64,000 nt of DNA from an uncultured Albidovulum sp. GTDB taxonomy: Bacteria > Pseudomonadota > Alphaproteobacteria > Rhodobacterales > Rhodobacteraceae. The DNA is taken from the NCBI GenBank assembly GCA_913064775.1, contig CAJYAD010000022.1, forward strand, positions 532 to 64,531. The letters run 5' to 3'. Numbering within the stretch: the stretch's first letter is position 1; every line of letters begins with the position of its first letter. The position numbers and the translations under genes were made by a program. The notes under the pieces are model-generated. The model saw only the letters and a list, made by a program, of their open reading frames with translations, made no database searches and was not told the DNA's origin. Below, piece by piece: positions 13,469 through 23,828 of the stretch.

Positions 13469-15832
13469 TTACTTCTGCATCGCAGCCCAGACCCGCGCGG
13501 GGCTGAGCGGCATGTCGATATGGGTCACGTCATGGCCGCCGCGCTGCAGCGCATCGACCACCGCGTTGACCACCGCCGGCGGCGAGCCGATGGCGCCGGC
13601 CTCGCCGCAGCCCTTCACCCCCAGCGGGTTGTGGGTGCAGGGCGTCTGGCAGGAATGATCCACCGTGTAGAACGGCACATCCGAAGCCCGCGGCATGGCG
13701 TAATCCATGAAGCTGGCCGACAGCAGTTGGCCGTTCTCGTCATAGACGGTGTTTTCCAGCAGCGCCTGCCCGATCCCCTGCCCGATGCCGCCATGGACCT
13801 GACCGTCGACGATCATCGGGTTGACGATATTGCCGAAATCATCCGCCGCGGCGAAGGAGCAGATCGTCACCTTGCCGGTATCGGGGTCGACCTCGACCTC
13901 GCAGGAATAGGCGCCCGAGGGGTAGGTGAAGTTCGACGGATCGTAGAAGGCGGTTTCTTCCAGCCCCGGCTCAAGGCTTTCCAGCGGGTAGTTGTGCGGA
14001 ACGTAAGCCGCCAGCGTCACCCCGGCCCAATCCACCGACTTGTCGGTGCCGGCGACGGTGAACTTGCCGTCCTTCAGCTCGATGTCGGCCTCCGACGCCT
14101 CCAGCAGATGCGCCGCGATCTTCTTGGCCTTGTCGATGATCTTGTTGGTCGCCCGCACGATGGCGGAGCCGCCGACAGCCAACGACCGCGACCCGTAGGT
14201 TCCCATCCCCATCGGCGAGTTCGCCGTGTCGCCATGCACGATCTCGATCTGGCCGGCGTCGATGCCGATCATGTCGGCCACGATCTGCGGAAAGGCGGTC
14301 TCATGCCCCTGCCCGTGGCTGTGCGAGCCGGTCATCACGGTCAGCGAGCCGGTGGCGTTCACCCGCACCGTCGCGCTTTCGTAAAGCCCCGCGCGGGCGC
14401 CAAGCTGGCCCACCAGATGCGAGGGCGCGATGCCGCAGGCCTCGATATAGCAGTTCACGCCCAGGCCGCGCAGCTTGCCGTTTTTCTTCGACTGCGCCGC
14501 GCGGGCCTCAAAGCCCTTGAGATCGGCGATCTCTTCGAGCTTGGCCATCGTGGCCTCATAATCGCCGGTGTCGTATTCTACGGCGACGGGGGTGGCATAG
14601 GGGAACTCGGTGATGAAGTTCTTGCGGCGCAGCGCGATCGGGTCGATGCCCATCTCGCGCGCGGCCTTGTCGATCACGCGCTCTAGCTGATAGGTGGCCT
14701 CGGGGCGACCGGCGCCGCGATAGGCGTCCACCGGCACGGTGTTGGTGAACACCGCCTTCACGTTCACATAGATCAGCGGCGTCTTGTAGTTCCCCGCCAT
14801 CAGCGTGCCGTGCAGCCAGGTCGGCACCGAGGGCGCGAAGGTGGAAAGATAGGCGCCCATATTGGCGAAAGTCTCGGTCCGGAGCGCCTGGAAATGGCCC
14901 TCTTTGTCGAGCGCGAGCTGGATCTTCGTCACATGGTCGCGGCCCTGCGCGTCGGAAAGGAACGCCTCGGAGCGGCTGGATGTCCATTTCACCGGGCGGT
15001 TGATCGCCTTGGCGGCGAAGGTGACGAAGGCCTCTTCGGCATAGTGGAAGATCTTCGAGCCGAAGCCGCCGCCGACATCGGGGGCGACGACGCGCAGCTT
15101 GTGCTCGGGGATGCCCAGCACGAAGGCGCCCATCAGCAGGCGGATCACATGCGGGTTCTGGCTGGTGGTATAGAGGGTGTGGTGCTCCGAGGAGGAATCG
15201 TAATCGCCCACCGCGACCCGCGGCTCCATCGGGTTGGCCGTCAGGCGCTGGTTCACCAGCTCCAGCGTGGTGACGTGGTCGGCGGTCTTGAAGGCGGCGT
15301 CGACCGCGGCCTTGTTCTCTTCGACAAAGCCCCAGTCGTAGCACAGGTTGGAGCCGATATCGTCATGCACCAGGGGCGCGCCATCCTTCACGGCGGCCTT
15401 CATGTCGATGACGGCGGGCAGTTCCTCGATCTCGAGCTCAATTGCCTCGACCGCGTCGCGGGCCTGGGATTCGGTCTCGGCCACCACCACGGCGATCGGA
15501 TCGCCGACATGGCGCACCTTGCCCTGTGCCAGCACCGGATGGCCCGGCTCCAGCATCGGCTGGCCGTGCTTGTCGGTGATTTGCCAGCCACAGGGCAGGC
15601 CGCCGATGCCCTCGAAATCCTTGCCGGTGAAGATGCGGATGACGCCGGGCATCGACTCGGCCGCGGCGGTGTCGAGGCTGCGGATCCGGCCATGGGCCAC
15701 ATTCGAGCGCAGGAATTGCGCATAGGCCTGACCGCGTACGTTGATGTCGTCGGTGTAGCGGCCCTTGCCGGTCAGGAACCGCAGATCCTCGCGCCGCTTG
15801 GTCGCGGGGCCGATATGTCCATCTTTCGGCAT
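13469..15832 (-). CDS. coxL: Molybdopterin-binding (large) subunit, form II CoxL-like molybdenum hydroxylase
   Basis: VGGGFGSK, active-site loop AYRGAGR (the form II signature, not AYXCSFR), [23 protein letters not shown]. Confidence 0.9.
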   Translation of the reverse strand: MPKDGHIGPATKRREDLRFLTGKGRYTDDINVRGQAYAQFLRSNVAHGRIRSLDTAAAESMPGVIRIFTGKDFEGIGGLPCGWQITDKHGQPMLEPGHPVLAQGKVRHVGDPIAVVVAETESQARDAVEAIELEIEELPAVIDMKAAVKDGAPLVHDDIGSNLCYDWGFVEENKAAVDAAFKTADHVTTLELVNQRLTANPMEPRVAVGDYDSSSEHHTLYTTSQNPHVIRLLMGAFVLGIPEHKLRVVAPDVGGGFGSKIFHYAEEAFVTFAAKAINRPVKWTSSRSEAFLSDAQGRDHVTKIQLALDKEGHFQALRTETFANMGAYLSTFAPSVPTWLHGTLMAGNYKTPLIYVNVKAVFTNTVPVDAYRGAGRPEATYQLERVIDKAAREMGIDPIALRRKNFITEFPYATPVAVEYDTGDYEATMAKLEEIADLKGFEARAAQSKKNGKLRGLGVNCYIEACGIAPSHLVGQLGARAGLYESATVRVNATGSLTVMTGSHSHGQGHETAFPQIVADMIGIDAGQIEIVHGDTANSPMGMGTYGSRSLAVGGSAIVRATNKIIDKAKKIAAHLLEASEADIELKDGKFTVAGTDKSVDWAGVTLAAYVPHNYPLESLEPGLEETAFYDPSNFTYPSGAYSCEVEVDPDTGKVTICSFAAADDFGNIVNPMIVDGQVHGGIGQGIGQALLENTVYDENGQLLSASFMDYAMPRASDVPFYTVDHSCQTPCTHNPLGVKGCGEAGAIGSPPAVVNAVVDALQRGGHDVTHIDMPLSPARVWAAMQK

Positions 15833-15896
15833 GATTTCCTCCCTTGAAGCCCTGCGTTAGGAACGCCTGGCAAAGTATTGACTGAAAACCCTTATC

Positions 15897-16382
<486 letters not shown>

Positions 16383-16509
16383 TCTCTCCTCCCTCAAGAA
16401 CTTCCTCTGAATCGGGGCGAGTAAAGCACGGGGGGGCGCAATCGCAAACAGTGAATTGCGACAGGCTGCCGCACGATGCCGGGAGGAGCGTCGGGCGGCG
16501 ACGCAAGAC

Positions 16510-16575
16510 GGGGGGCTGTCTGCCCCCCGCGCCCTGCGGGCTTCCCCCCCGAGGATATTTCCTCCAGAAAGAAAG
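16510..16575 (+). repeat. REP-like element, long family, copy C
   Basis: GGGGGGCTGTCTGCCCCCC-GCGCCCTGCGGGCT-TCCCCCCC-GAGGATATTTCCTCCAGAAAGAAAG. Confidence 0.8.
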
Positions 16576-16578
16576 GAC

Positions 16579-17577
16579 TTAGCCGTCGCGGGGTTGCGGG
16601 CGCTGGGGGATTTCCTTGAGCAGGCCGCCGACGCCCATGGCGGCGATTTCCTCAGAGGTCGGATCGAGGCCGCAGGCGGTGCGCTCAAGCACCCAATCGG
16701 CGCCGTTCAGCGCCGGCGAGCGCGCGCAGCCGGGCAGGCCGATGACCGGGCGGGTGCCGAGGCGGCCGGTGAACAGCAGGTTTCCGGGATCGACCGGCAT
16801 GCCGAAGCGGGTGAGCGTGCCGCCGGCGCGGATCAGCGCCTCGGGGCCGGTGTCCTGCGCGTCGGAGGTGGCCGATGCGGTGAGGATCAGCAGCATCTCG
16901 CCGCACAAGCTGGCAAGGGCTTCGGCCATCGCGCCGGCTTCATGCGGGGTGCTGCGGGTCTCGACCAGTTCGATGCCGAGCGCCCTGAGCCGCTGGTCGG
17001 TGACGCGGCGGGCCTTGGCCGAGATCTTCTCTGGCTGGTCGGGCAGTTCGCTGAGCAGAAGGCCGGCGGTGCGGCGGGTGACCGGGTGCAGCGACAGGGC
17101 CGCGCGGGCGGCCTGTTCGGCGCGGGAAATTATATCTTCAGCAATGGCATAGGAGATGATCTTCACAGTCGCCACCAGGGAGCCGGGGGCCACGCGGGTC
17201 AGCGGCGCGAGGGTGGCCAGCGTCAGCCCCGGATCGAGGAGGTTCAGCGCCTCGATCACTCTGCGGTCAAGCGCCACGAGGCCCGGGCGCGCGGCCTTGA
17301 CGTTGACCCGGCCGGTGAAGGCGGGCGACAGGGTCAGGCCGGCGGCTTCCGGATCGGGCACCAGCGCGGCGGCAAGGCGGGCGGCGGCGGCGTCTTCGGT
17401 CACGTCGCCGGGATCCAGCCGGGCGACGGTCAGCTCCGCGATCCCGGCGGCGCGGAAGCCGGCCAGATCGGCGGCGGTCAGCACCCGGCCCTTCTTCAGC
17501 TTGCGCCCGTCGAGGGTTTCGGAATGCGCCAGGATCGCGCCTTCCGCCTGATCGAGGGGTACGGGGCCGAAGCGCAT
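16579..17577 (-). CDS. Molybdopterin-binding (MoeA/MogA-like) accessory protein
   Basis: [19 protein letters not shown] start, [19 protein letters not shown] and [15 protein letters not shown] end; this family is usually found beside xdhC. Confidence 0.75.
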   Translation of the reverse strand: MRFGPVPLDQAEGAILAHSETLDGRKLKKGRVLTAADLAGFRAAGIAELTVARLDPGDVTEDAAAARLAAALVPDPEAAGLTLSPAFTGRVNVKAARPGLVALDRRVIEALNLLDPGLTLATLAPLTRVAPGSLVATVKIISYAIAEDIISRAEQAARAALSLHPVTRRTAGLLLSELPDQPEKISAKARRVTDQRLRALGIELVETRSTPHEAGAMAEALASLCGEMLLILTASATSDAQDTGPEALIRAGGTLTRFGMPVDPGNLLFTGRLGTRPVIGLPGCARSPALNGADWVLERTACGLDPTSEEIAAMGVGGLLKEIPQRPQPRDG

Positions 17578-17582
17578 CGCAA

Positions 17583-18617
17583 TCAGCCTTTCCGCAGGGT
17601 TTCGGTGATCTGGGCAAGGATCGCCATGGCGATCTCGGCCGGGCTCTTGGCGCCGATGTCGAGGCCCACGGGGGCGTGGATGCGGGCGATCTGCGCCTCG
17701 GTCATCCCGGCCGCCTTCAGCCTGTCGAGCCGCTTGGCATGGGTGCGGGAGGAGCCGAGGCAGCCAAGGTAGAAGGCGTCGGAATTCAGCGCGGCAATGA
17801 TCGCGGGATCGTCGATCTTGGGATCGTGGCTGAGCGTCACCACGGCGGTACGGGCATCAAGGCCATAGGCCGCCAGCGCCGCGTCGGGCCAGTCGTTGCT
17901 GATCGTCTCGCCGGGGAAGCGGGCGGCGGCGCCGAAGGCTTCGCGCGGGTCGACGAGGAAGGGATCGTAGCCGGTCAGCCGGGCCATCTGCACCAGCGGC
18001 TGGGCGATATGGGCAGCGCCCACGATCACCATGCGCAGGGGCGGGTTCTGGATGCCGATGAACTGGCGCCCGTCCTCGGCGATCCCGGATTTGTCGCTGC
18101 GGTAGCGGCTGCGGATCGCGTCTTCCAGCGCATCGCCCGGCCCTTCGGTCACCCTTGTGTCCCAGCTTTGCAGATCGACGATCATGGCAACCGGCTTGCG
18201 GGCGGCGCGGGCCTTGGTGATCTGGGCCAGCTTTGCCTCGGTCAGCGTGCCGCCGACGGGCTGCACCAGCACCCGGATCGTGCCGCCGCAGGCCAAGCCC
18301 ACCGCGAAGGCCTCATCATCCGAGACGCCGAAAGTCAGCAGCCGCGGGACACCGTCATCGAGGGCTTCGAGCGCCTCGACCACCACTGCGCCTTCGACGC
18401 AGCCGCCCGAGACCGAGCCCATGATGTCGCTGGCGCCCGAGATCGCCAGTTGGCTGCCCACCGGGCGCGGCGCCGAGCCCCAGGTCTCGACCACGGTGGC
18501 AAGGGCGGCGCGGCGGCCGTCGCGGTGCCAGTCGAGCGCGATTTCGGGGATCTGGTCATGTGCGCGGGGTTGGGTGCCGGGTTGGGCCCCGGGGTGAGCG
18601 CTGGGTGCTTTGGTCAT
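17583..18617 (-). CDS. xdhC: XdhC/CoxI family molybdenum cofactor maturation chaperone
   Basis: TWGSAPRPVGSQL, GSVSGGCVE, GLACGG, IHAPVGLDIGAKSPAEIA. Confidence 0.92.
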   Translation of the reverse strand: MTKAPSAHPGAQPGTQPRAHDQIPEIALDWHRDGRRAALATVVETWGSAPRPVGSQLAISGASDIMGSVSGGCVEGAVVVEALEALDDGVPRLLTFGVSDDEAFAVGLACGGTIRVLVQPVGGTLTEAKLAQITKARAARKPVAMIVDLQSWDTRVTEGPGDALEDAIRSRYRSDKSGIAEDGRQFIGIQNPPLRMVIVGAAHIAQPLVQMARLTGYDPFLVDPREAFGAAARFPGETISNDWPDAALAAYGLDARTAVVTLSHDPKIDDPAIIAALNSDAFYLGCLGSSRTHAKRLDRLKAAGMTEAQIARIHAPVGLDIGAKSPAEIAMAILAQITETLRKG

Positions 18618-18740
18618 GGCGGCCTCCTCGGGTGGCGACTATGGGGCGGAATGCGCCCCGGCGCCAGTCTGAGATATGGCGTGCGGCGGGCTTGACCAGG
18701 GGCACGCGAGGCGCGGGTGGGCACGGTGCCCGGCGTCGAG

Positions 18741-18779
18741 GAAAAAAGAAGGCGCCGAGAGAGGGAGGTCTCTCGGCGC
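18741..18779 (-). terminator. Rho-independent terminator of the candidate sRNA
   Basis: GCGCCGAGAGA-CCTCCC-TCTCTCGGCGC-CTTCTTTTTTC on the minus strand. Confidence 0.85.
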
Positions 18780-18860
18780 ATCACAAGATCCGGTCAGGGA
18801 GGGATCGGATCTTGGAAAGTACAGGCTGAGCCGGTTGACTGGGGGCGGCACCGCCCGTGT
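18741..18860 (-). ncRNA. Candidate small regulatory RNA with two CCUCCC loops
   Basis: Intergenic. Perfect 9-bp stem (18784-18792/18806-18814) with loop AUCCCUCCCUGAC; perfect 11-bp stem (18752-18762/18769-18779) with loop CCUCCC followed by a U-rich tail. The 5' end is inferred from the FNR box centred 41.5 bp upstream. Confidence 0.7.
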
Positions 18861-18894
18861 GAGCGCTTTTTGACAGGGCTTCAGGGGGCCGACC

Positions 18895-18908
18895 TTGATC
18901 TGGATCAA
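18895..18908. promoter_or_regulatory. FNR/FnrL/FixK-type binding site
   Basis: TTGAT-CTGG-ATCAA is an exact match to the TTGAT-N4-ATCAA consensus; it overlaps the coxE stop codon. Confidence 0.8.
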
Positions 18909-20164
18909 TCGGCGCCGAGCATCGCCATCAGCCGGGCTTTTTCGCCCGCGTCGAAGGGGTCCGAGATCGCCCGCGCCAGCCCTTCGAGCGAGGCGATGTT
19001 GTGACCGGCGCGGAAGCTGTCGACATGGGGCAGCATGGTGCGGATGCCGCTGGCGCGCGGGGCGAAGCCGTCCCAGCGCAGCAGCGGGTTCAGCCAGATC
19101 AGGCGGCGGGCGGAGAGGTGCAGCCGCTCGATCTCGGGGCCGAGCGCCCCCTCTTCGTCGCGGTCGAGCCCGTCGGTGATCAGGATCACCACCGCATTCG
19201 CCATCACCCGGCGCGACCAGTCGCGGTTGAAGGCGCGCAGGCTGCTGGCGATGCGGGTGCCGCCTTCCCAGTCGCGCGCCTCGGCCCCCGCCGCCGCCAG
19301 TGCCGCGTCGACATCGCGGGCGCGCAGTTGGCGGGTGATGTTGGTCAGCCGCGTGCCGAAGGTGAAGGCATGGACCTGGGCCCAGCCCTGCCCCTTGGTG
19401 TTCGAGACCGCGTGCAGGAAATGCAGCACCGCGCGGCTATAGGCCGACATCGAGCCGGAGATGTCGCACAGCACCACCAGATTGGGCCAGCGGGTGCGGC
19501 GGGCGCGGCGGGCGAAATCGCGGATCTCGCCGCCTTGACGCAGGGCGGCGCGGAAGGTGGCGCGCCAATCGGGCTGCGCACCATGCGGGTCGCGGCGGGT
19601 GCGGCGCGAGGCGATCGGGCGCACCGGCAGCGACAGCCGGGCGAGGATGCGCTTGGCCTCGGCCATCTCGGCGGTCGACATCTGTTCGAAATCGAGGCCG
19701 CGCAGCCGTTCGCGGGAGGAGGCCGTGCGCGCCGCGTCGATCTCGATCTGCTCTTCCTCGGGCGTCTTGGGGGCGGCGTCGGGCAGATCGGGGCGGTTCA
19801 GGTCAAGCAAGGCTTCGGCGGCGCGTTTCTCGGCGGCGGCGGCGCGGCGTTCCTCTTGCGCGCCGTGCAGGGCGGGCAGCATCATCGCCATCATGTGCTC
19901 GATATAGCGCGGGTTGCGCCAGTAGAGCCGGAACACCTGGGCGAAGACCATGCGGTGTTCGGGGCGGCGCACGAAGCAGGCGTGCAGCGTCCAGTAGAAA
20001 TCCTCGCGCTCGGAGAAGCCCACCGCCTCGACCGCGCGGATCGCGTCGAGGACCGAGCCGGGGCCGATCGGCAGGCCCGCGCGGCGCAGGGCGCGGGCGA
20101 AATGGGTGATGTTGCCGGCAAGCTTGCCGTCTTCGGGGATCTCGAGCGCGGGGAGCTGGGCCAT
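18905..20164 (-). CDS. coxE: VWA-domain protein (CoxE family)
   Basis: MIDAS motif DISGSMS, FTFGTRLTNIT, DWEGGTRI, ITDGLDR, WLNPLL; follows a MoxR ATPase. Confidence 0.88.
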   Translation of the reverse strand: MAQLPALEIPEDGKLAGNITHFARALRRAGLPIGPGSVLDAIRAVEAVGFSEREDFYWTLHACFVRRPEHRMVFAQVFRLYWRNPRYIEHMMAMMLPALHGAQEERRAAAAEKRAAEALLDLNRPDLPDAAPKTPEEEQIEIDAARTASSRERLRGLDFEQMSTAEMAEAKRILARLSLPVRPIASRRTRRDPHGAQPDWRATFRAALRQGGEIRDFARRARRTRWPNLVVLCDISGSMSAYSRAVLHFLHAVSNTKGQGWAQVHAFTFGTRLTNITRQLRARDVDAALAAAGAEARDWEGGTRIASSLRAFNRDWSRRVMANAVVILITDGLDRDEEGALGPEIERLHLSARRLIWLNPLLRWDGFAPRASGIRTMLPHVDSFRAGHNIASLEGLARAISDPFDAGEKARLMAMLGAD

Positions 20165-20175
20165 GGGTCAGCGGC

Positions 20176-20228
20176 GGGGGGCTGTCTGCCCCCCGCACCC
20201 CCCGAGAGTATTTTCGCCAAGATGAAGG
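20176..20228 (+). repeat. REP-like element, long family, copy D (no central payload)
   Basis: GGGGGGCTGTCTGCCCCCC-GCACCCCCCG-AGAGTATTTTCGCCAAGATGAAGG; fills most of the coxD-coxE intergenic space. Confidence 0.8.
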
Positions 20229-20229
20229 A

Positions 20230-21153
20230 TCATTGGGCGGCGATGTCCTTTCTGACTTCGTCGAGCAGGCGCTTGGCCTCGGACCCCTGCAGGCGCTGGA
20301 TGTCGTCCTGGTATTTCAGGATCGCGCCGATCGTGTCGGAGATCACCTCGGGCGACAGTTCCAGCGCGTCGAGGGCGAGCAGGCATTTGGCCCAGTCGAT
20401 GGTTTCGGCGACGCCGGGGCGTTTGAACAGATCCTCGGTGCGCAGTTTCTGCACGAAGGCCACGATCTCTCGGCTGAGGGTTTCGGTGGCTTCGGGGGCG
20501 CGGGCGCGCAGGATCTCCATCTCGCGGTCGAAGACGGGGTAGTCGACCCAGTGGTAAAGGCAGCGACGTTTGAGCGCGTCATGGACCTCGCGCGTGCGGT
20601 TCGAGGTGAGGATGACGATCGGCGGTTCGGGCGCCTTGATGGTGCCGAGTTCGGGGATCGTCACCTGGAAATCCGAGAGTGCTTCGAGCAGGAAGGCCTC
20701 AAAGGGTTCGTCGGTGCGGTCGAGTTCGTCGATCAACAGGACCGGGGCGCCGCCGGATTGGGGGCGCATCGCCTGCAAGAGCGGGCGTTCGATCAGGTAG
20801 TCTTCGGTGAACAGTTCCGATTTCAGGGCGTCGCGATCGGCGCCGCCCCCCGCCCCGGCCCCGGCTTCGGCGGTGCGGATGGCGATCATCTGCGCGGCGA
20901 AGTTCCATTCATAGACCGCCGAGGCGGCATCGAGCCCCTCGTAGCATTGCAGCCGGATCAGGCGGCGGCCAAGGCCGGCGGCCAGCGCCTTGGCGATCTC
21001 GGTCTTGCCGACGCCGGCCTCGCCTTCCAGAAACAGCGGCTTGCCAAGGGTCAGGGCAAGAAAGGTGACCGTGGACAGCGCCCGGCCGCAGACATAGTTC
21101 TGCGCGGCCAGCATCTCGGTCACGGCATCGATCGATTTCGGTATGTCGGTCAA
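20230..21153 (-). CDS. coxD: MoxR-family AAA+ ATPase (CoxD family)
   Basis: Walker A GEAGVGKT, Walker B LLIDELDR, DALKRRC. Probable TTG start at 21153 with GGAGG RBS; the longer 625-aa ORF is an antisense extension across the LysR gene. Confidence 0.88.
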   Translation of the reverse strand: MTDIPKSIDAVTEMLAAQNYVCGRALSTVTFLALTLGKPLFLEGEAGVGKTEIAKALAAGLGRRLIRLQCYEGLDAASAVYEWNFAAQMIAIRTAEAGAGAGGGADRDALKSELFTEDYLIERPLLQAMRPQSGGAPVLLIDELDRTDEPFEAFLLEALSDFQVTIPELGTIKAPEPPIVILTSNRTREVHDALKRRCLYHWVDYPVFDREMEILRARAPEATETLSREIVAFVQKLRTEDLFKRPGVAETIDWAKCLLALDALELSPEVISDTIGAILKYQDDIQRLQGSEAKRLLDEVRKDIAAQ

Positions 21154-21197
21154 GGCGGATCCTCCCGCGTGCATGCTGCGGGGGGCGGGGCTGCGGG

Positions 21198-22091
21198 TCA
21201 AGGCGTGACACGCGCCTGTGTGCCGGCCCAGGCGCGGAAGCTGGCAAGCGGGCCGCGTTCGGGGCGCTCGCCCGGCCAGACGAGGTAGTAGGAGCCGAGC
21301 GCCTTTACCGGCGCGCCATAGGCGGGGATCAGGCGGCCCTCGGCCAGGTCGCGCTCGATCAGGAAGACCGGCAGCAGGGCGAGGCCAAGGCCGTGGATCG
21401 CCGCCTGGGTCATGGTGGCAAACTGGTCGAAGAGCATGCCGCCGGGGCGGTGGCCGGGCGCGCCGTGATGGGTCAGCCAGCGACCCCAGTCGCCGGTGCG
21501 GCTTTGCAATTGCAAGAGCGGCAGGCGCAGCACCTCTTCGGGGGCGGTCAGCGGCGCGGGCAGAAGCCCGGGGGCGCCGACGGCGAGGATTTCTTCCTCC
21601 ATCAGCTTCAGATGTTCGGCGCCGGGCCAGTCGCGGTGGCCGTAGTGGATTGCGGCGTCGAAGGGTTCGGTGGCGAAGTCGAACGGCCGCAGCCGGGTCG
21701 AGAGGTTGATCGAGACCTCGGGGTGGCGGGCGGCGAAATCGGCCAGCCTGGGCGCCAGCCAATGCATCCCGAAGGCCGGCAAGATCGCCAGGTTCAGGCT
21801 GCCGCCGCGCGGGTTGGTCTTCAGCGTCAGCGCCGCCGAGGACAGGATCCCCAGCGCCTTCCTCACCTCGGCCACATAATCCAGCGCCGCCGGGGTCAGG
21901 CGCAGCCGCTGGCGCTCGCGGATCATGAGGGGAACGCCCAGCTGATCCTCTAGCGCGCGCAGTTGTCGGCTGATCGCGCCCTGGGTCAGCGACAGCGCCT
22001 CGGCCGCCGCCGAGGCCGTGCCCAGGCGTTCCACCGCCTCCAGCGCGGTCAGGGCGGCGATCGACGGCAGGTAGCGGCGGGCAGTGGACAT
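21198..22091 (-). CDS. LysR-family regulator (GcvA subfamily), probable GcdR-like activator of the divergent acyl-CoA dehydrogenase
   Basis: HTH ALSLTQGAISRQLRALE, LPAFGMHWLAPRLADF; divergent from gcdH. Confidence 0.88.
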   Translation of the reverse strand: MSTARRYLPSIAALTALEAVERLGTASAAAEALSLTQGAISRQLRALEDQLGVPLMIRERQRLRLTPAALDYVAEVRKALGILSSAALTLKTNPRGGSLNLAILPAFGMHWLAPRLADFAARHPEVSINLSTRLRPFDFATEPFDAAIHYGHRDWPGAEHLKLMEEEILAVGAPGLLPAPLTAPEEVLRLPLLQLQSRTGDWGRWLTHHGAPGHRPGGMLFDQFATMTQAAIHGLGLALLPVFLIERDLAEGRLIPAYGAPVKALGSYYLVWPGERPERGPLASFRAWAGTQARVTP

Positions 22092-22092
22092 T

Positions 22093-22107
22093 ATGAGCTT
22101 TCCTCAT
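22093..22107. promoter_or_regulatory. LysR recognition box (T-N11-A dyad)
   Basis: ATGAG-CTTTC-CTCAT immediately upstream of the LysR start codon. Confidence 0.7.
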
Positions 22108-22184
22108 GATGTGGTGTTCGGGTTTCGTTAGACCCCGGGGGCCGATCGTGCAATACCCCGGGGCAGAACCACAGGAGTTGCGTC

Positions 22185-23405
22185 ATGACCGATCGCCCGA
22201 AACTGAAGGCCAAGGATGCCCCGGATCTGGGGCGATTCGACTGGGAGGACGCGCTGCGTCTGGACGCCCAGCTGACCGAGGATGAGCGCATGATGCGCGA
22301 CGCCGCCCGCGCCTATGCGCAGGAAAAGCTGCAGCCCCGGGTGATCGAGGCCTTCCGCGAGGAAAAGACCGATCCGGCGATCTTCGCCGAGATGGGCGCG
22401 ATGGGCCTGCTGGGCATCACCGTGCCCGAGGAATACGGCGGCATCGGCGCGGGCTATGTGGCCTATGGTCTGGTCGCGCGTGAAATCGAGCGGGTCGATT
22501 CCGGCTATCGCAGCATGATGTCGGTGCAGTCGAGCCTGGTGATGTATCCGATCTATGCCTATGGCTCCGAGCAACAGCGCCGGAAATATCTGCCGAAGCT
22601 GGCCAGTGGCGAATGGATCGGCTGTTTCGGGTTGACCGAGCCCGATGCCGGATCCGACCCTGCCGGCATGAAGACCCGCGCGGTGAAGACCGAGGGCGGC
22701 TATGTGCTGACCGGCGCGAAGATGTGGATTTCCAACGCGCCGATCGCCGATGTCTTCGTGGTCTGGGCGAAATCCGAGGCCCATGGCGGCAAGATCCGCG
22801 GCTTCGTGCTGGAAAAGGGCATGAAGGGGCTGAGCGCGCCGAAGATCGGCGGCAAGCTGAGCCTTCGCGCCTCGATCACCGGCGAGATCGTGATGGACGG
22901 CGTCGAGGTCGGCGAGGACGCGCTGCTGCCGCATGTCGAGGGGTTGAAGGGGCCGTTCGGCTGCCTCAACCGGGCGCGCTATGGCATCAGCTGGGGCGCG
23001 CTGGGGGCGGCCGAGTTCTGCTGGCATGCGGCGCGGCAATACGGGCTTGACCGCAAGCAGTTCGGCAAGCCGCTGGCGGCCACGCAGCTGTTCCAGAAGA
23101 AGCTGGCCGACATGATGACCGAGATCAGCCTTGGCCTGCAGGGCGCGCTTCAGGTAGGTCGGCTGATGGATGCCGCCGAAGCCGCGCCCGAGATGATTTC
23201 CCTCATCAAGCGCAACAATTGCGGCAAGGCGCTGGAGATCGCCCGGATGGCGCGCGACATGCATGGCGGCAACGGGATTTCCGAGGAATTCCAGGTGATG
23301 CGCCATATGGTCAACCTCGAGACGGTGAACACCTATGAGGGCGCGCATGATGTGCATGCGCTGATCCTGGGCCGGGCGCAGACGGGCATTCAGGCGTTTT
23401 TCTGA
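22185..23405 (+). CDS. gcdH: Glutaryl-CoA dehydrogenase-like acyl-CoA dehydrogenase
   Basis: [56 protein letters not shown] are characteristic of GCDH. Confidence 0.85.
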   Translation: MTDRPKLKAKDAPDLGRFDWEDALRLDAQLTEDERMMRDAARAYAQEKLQPRVIEAFREEKTDPAIFAEMGAMGLLGITVPEEYGGIGAGYVAYGLVAREIERVDSGYRSMMSVQSSLVMYPIYAYGSEQQRRKYLPKLASGEWIGCFGLTEPDAGSDPAGMKTRAVKTEGGYVLTGAKMWISNAPIADVFVVWAKSEAHGGKIRGFVLEKGMKGLSAPKIGGKLSLRASITGEIVMDGVEVGEDALLPHVEGLKGPFGCLNRARYGISWGALGAAEFCWHAARQYGLDRKQFGKPLAATQLFQKKLADMMTEISLGLQGALQVGRLMDAAEAAPEMISLIKRNNCGKALEIARMARDMHGGNGISEEFQVMRHMVNLETVNTYEGAHDVHALILGRAQTGIQAFF

Positions 23406-23734
23406 TGCAGGCGCTGCCGGTGGTCGCACGGTTGTTCCCGGCGATCCTGGCGGCCGAGAAGACCCACACGATCCGCTGGCGCGAGCCGCGGATCGTGCCG
23501 GGGCCGATGGAATATGTTTGCGAGGGCTCAGGGCTGCGCGCGGTGGTCAAGGTGACCCGGATCACCGATGTCGCCCTGCGCGATGCCGCCGCGCTGGTGG
23601 ACCTGGAAGCGGTCTGGCCGCCCGAGGTGATGTTGGCGGGCATGCGAGAGCATTATCCCCAGATCACATTGGACGATGTGGTGCAGGTGATAGAGCATCG
23701 GCCCTATCAGCCCGGCGACCCGTCCCCGGGCTGA
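23405..23734 (+). CDS. ASCH-domain-like protein
   Basis: 109 aa with KTHTIR, resembling the ASCH GxKxxTxR motif; TGATG overlap with gcdH. Confidence 0.6.
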   Translation: MQALPVVARLFPAILAAEKTHTIRWREPRIVPGPMEYVCEGSGLRAVVKVTRITDVALRDAAALVDLEAVWPPEVMLAGMREHYPQITLDDVVQVIEHRPYQPGDPSPG

Positions 23735-23828
23735 GCGGGGCGCGACAAGAAAACGTCGCTGTAACGCGCCTCTCTTGACAGCCGCTGCCCGGCATGGCTC
23801 CCTCAGCGCTGTCCATTCGGAGATCCCC

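Noticed and set aside
18870-18883. Second FNR site TTGACAGGGCTTCA
   Set aside because: The right half-site is poor and it overlaps the predicted -10 region; not supportable without data.
18639-18908. 89-aa ORF MIQIKVGP...
   Set aside because: Its start is just the FNR-box sequence and it runs through a strong terminator; the region is better explained as an sRNA.
21154-22107. 625-aa fusion ORF 20230-22107
   Set aside because: The first 318 codons are an alternative frame over the LysR gene; coxD has its own RBS and TTG at 21153.
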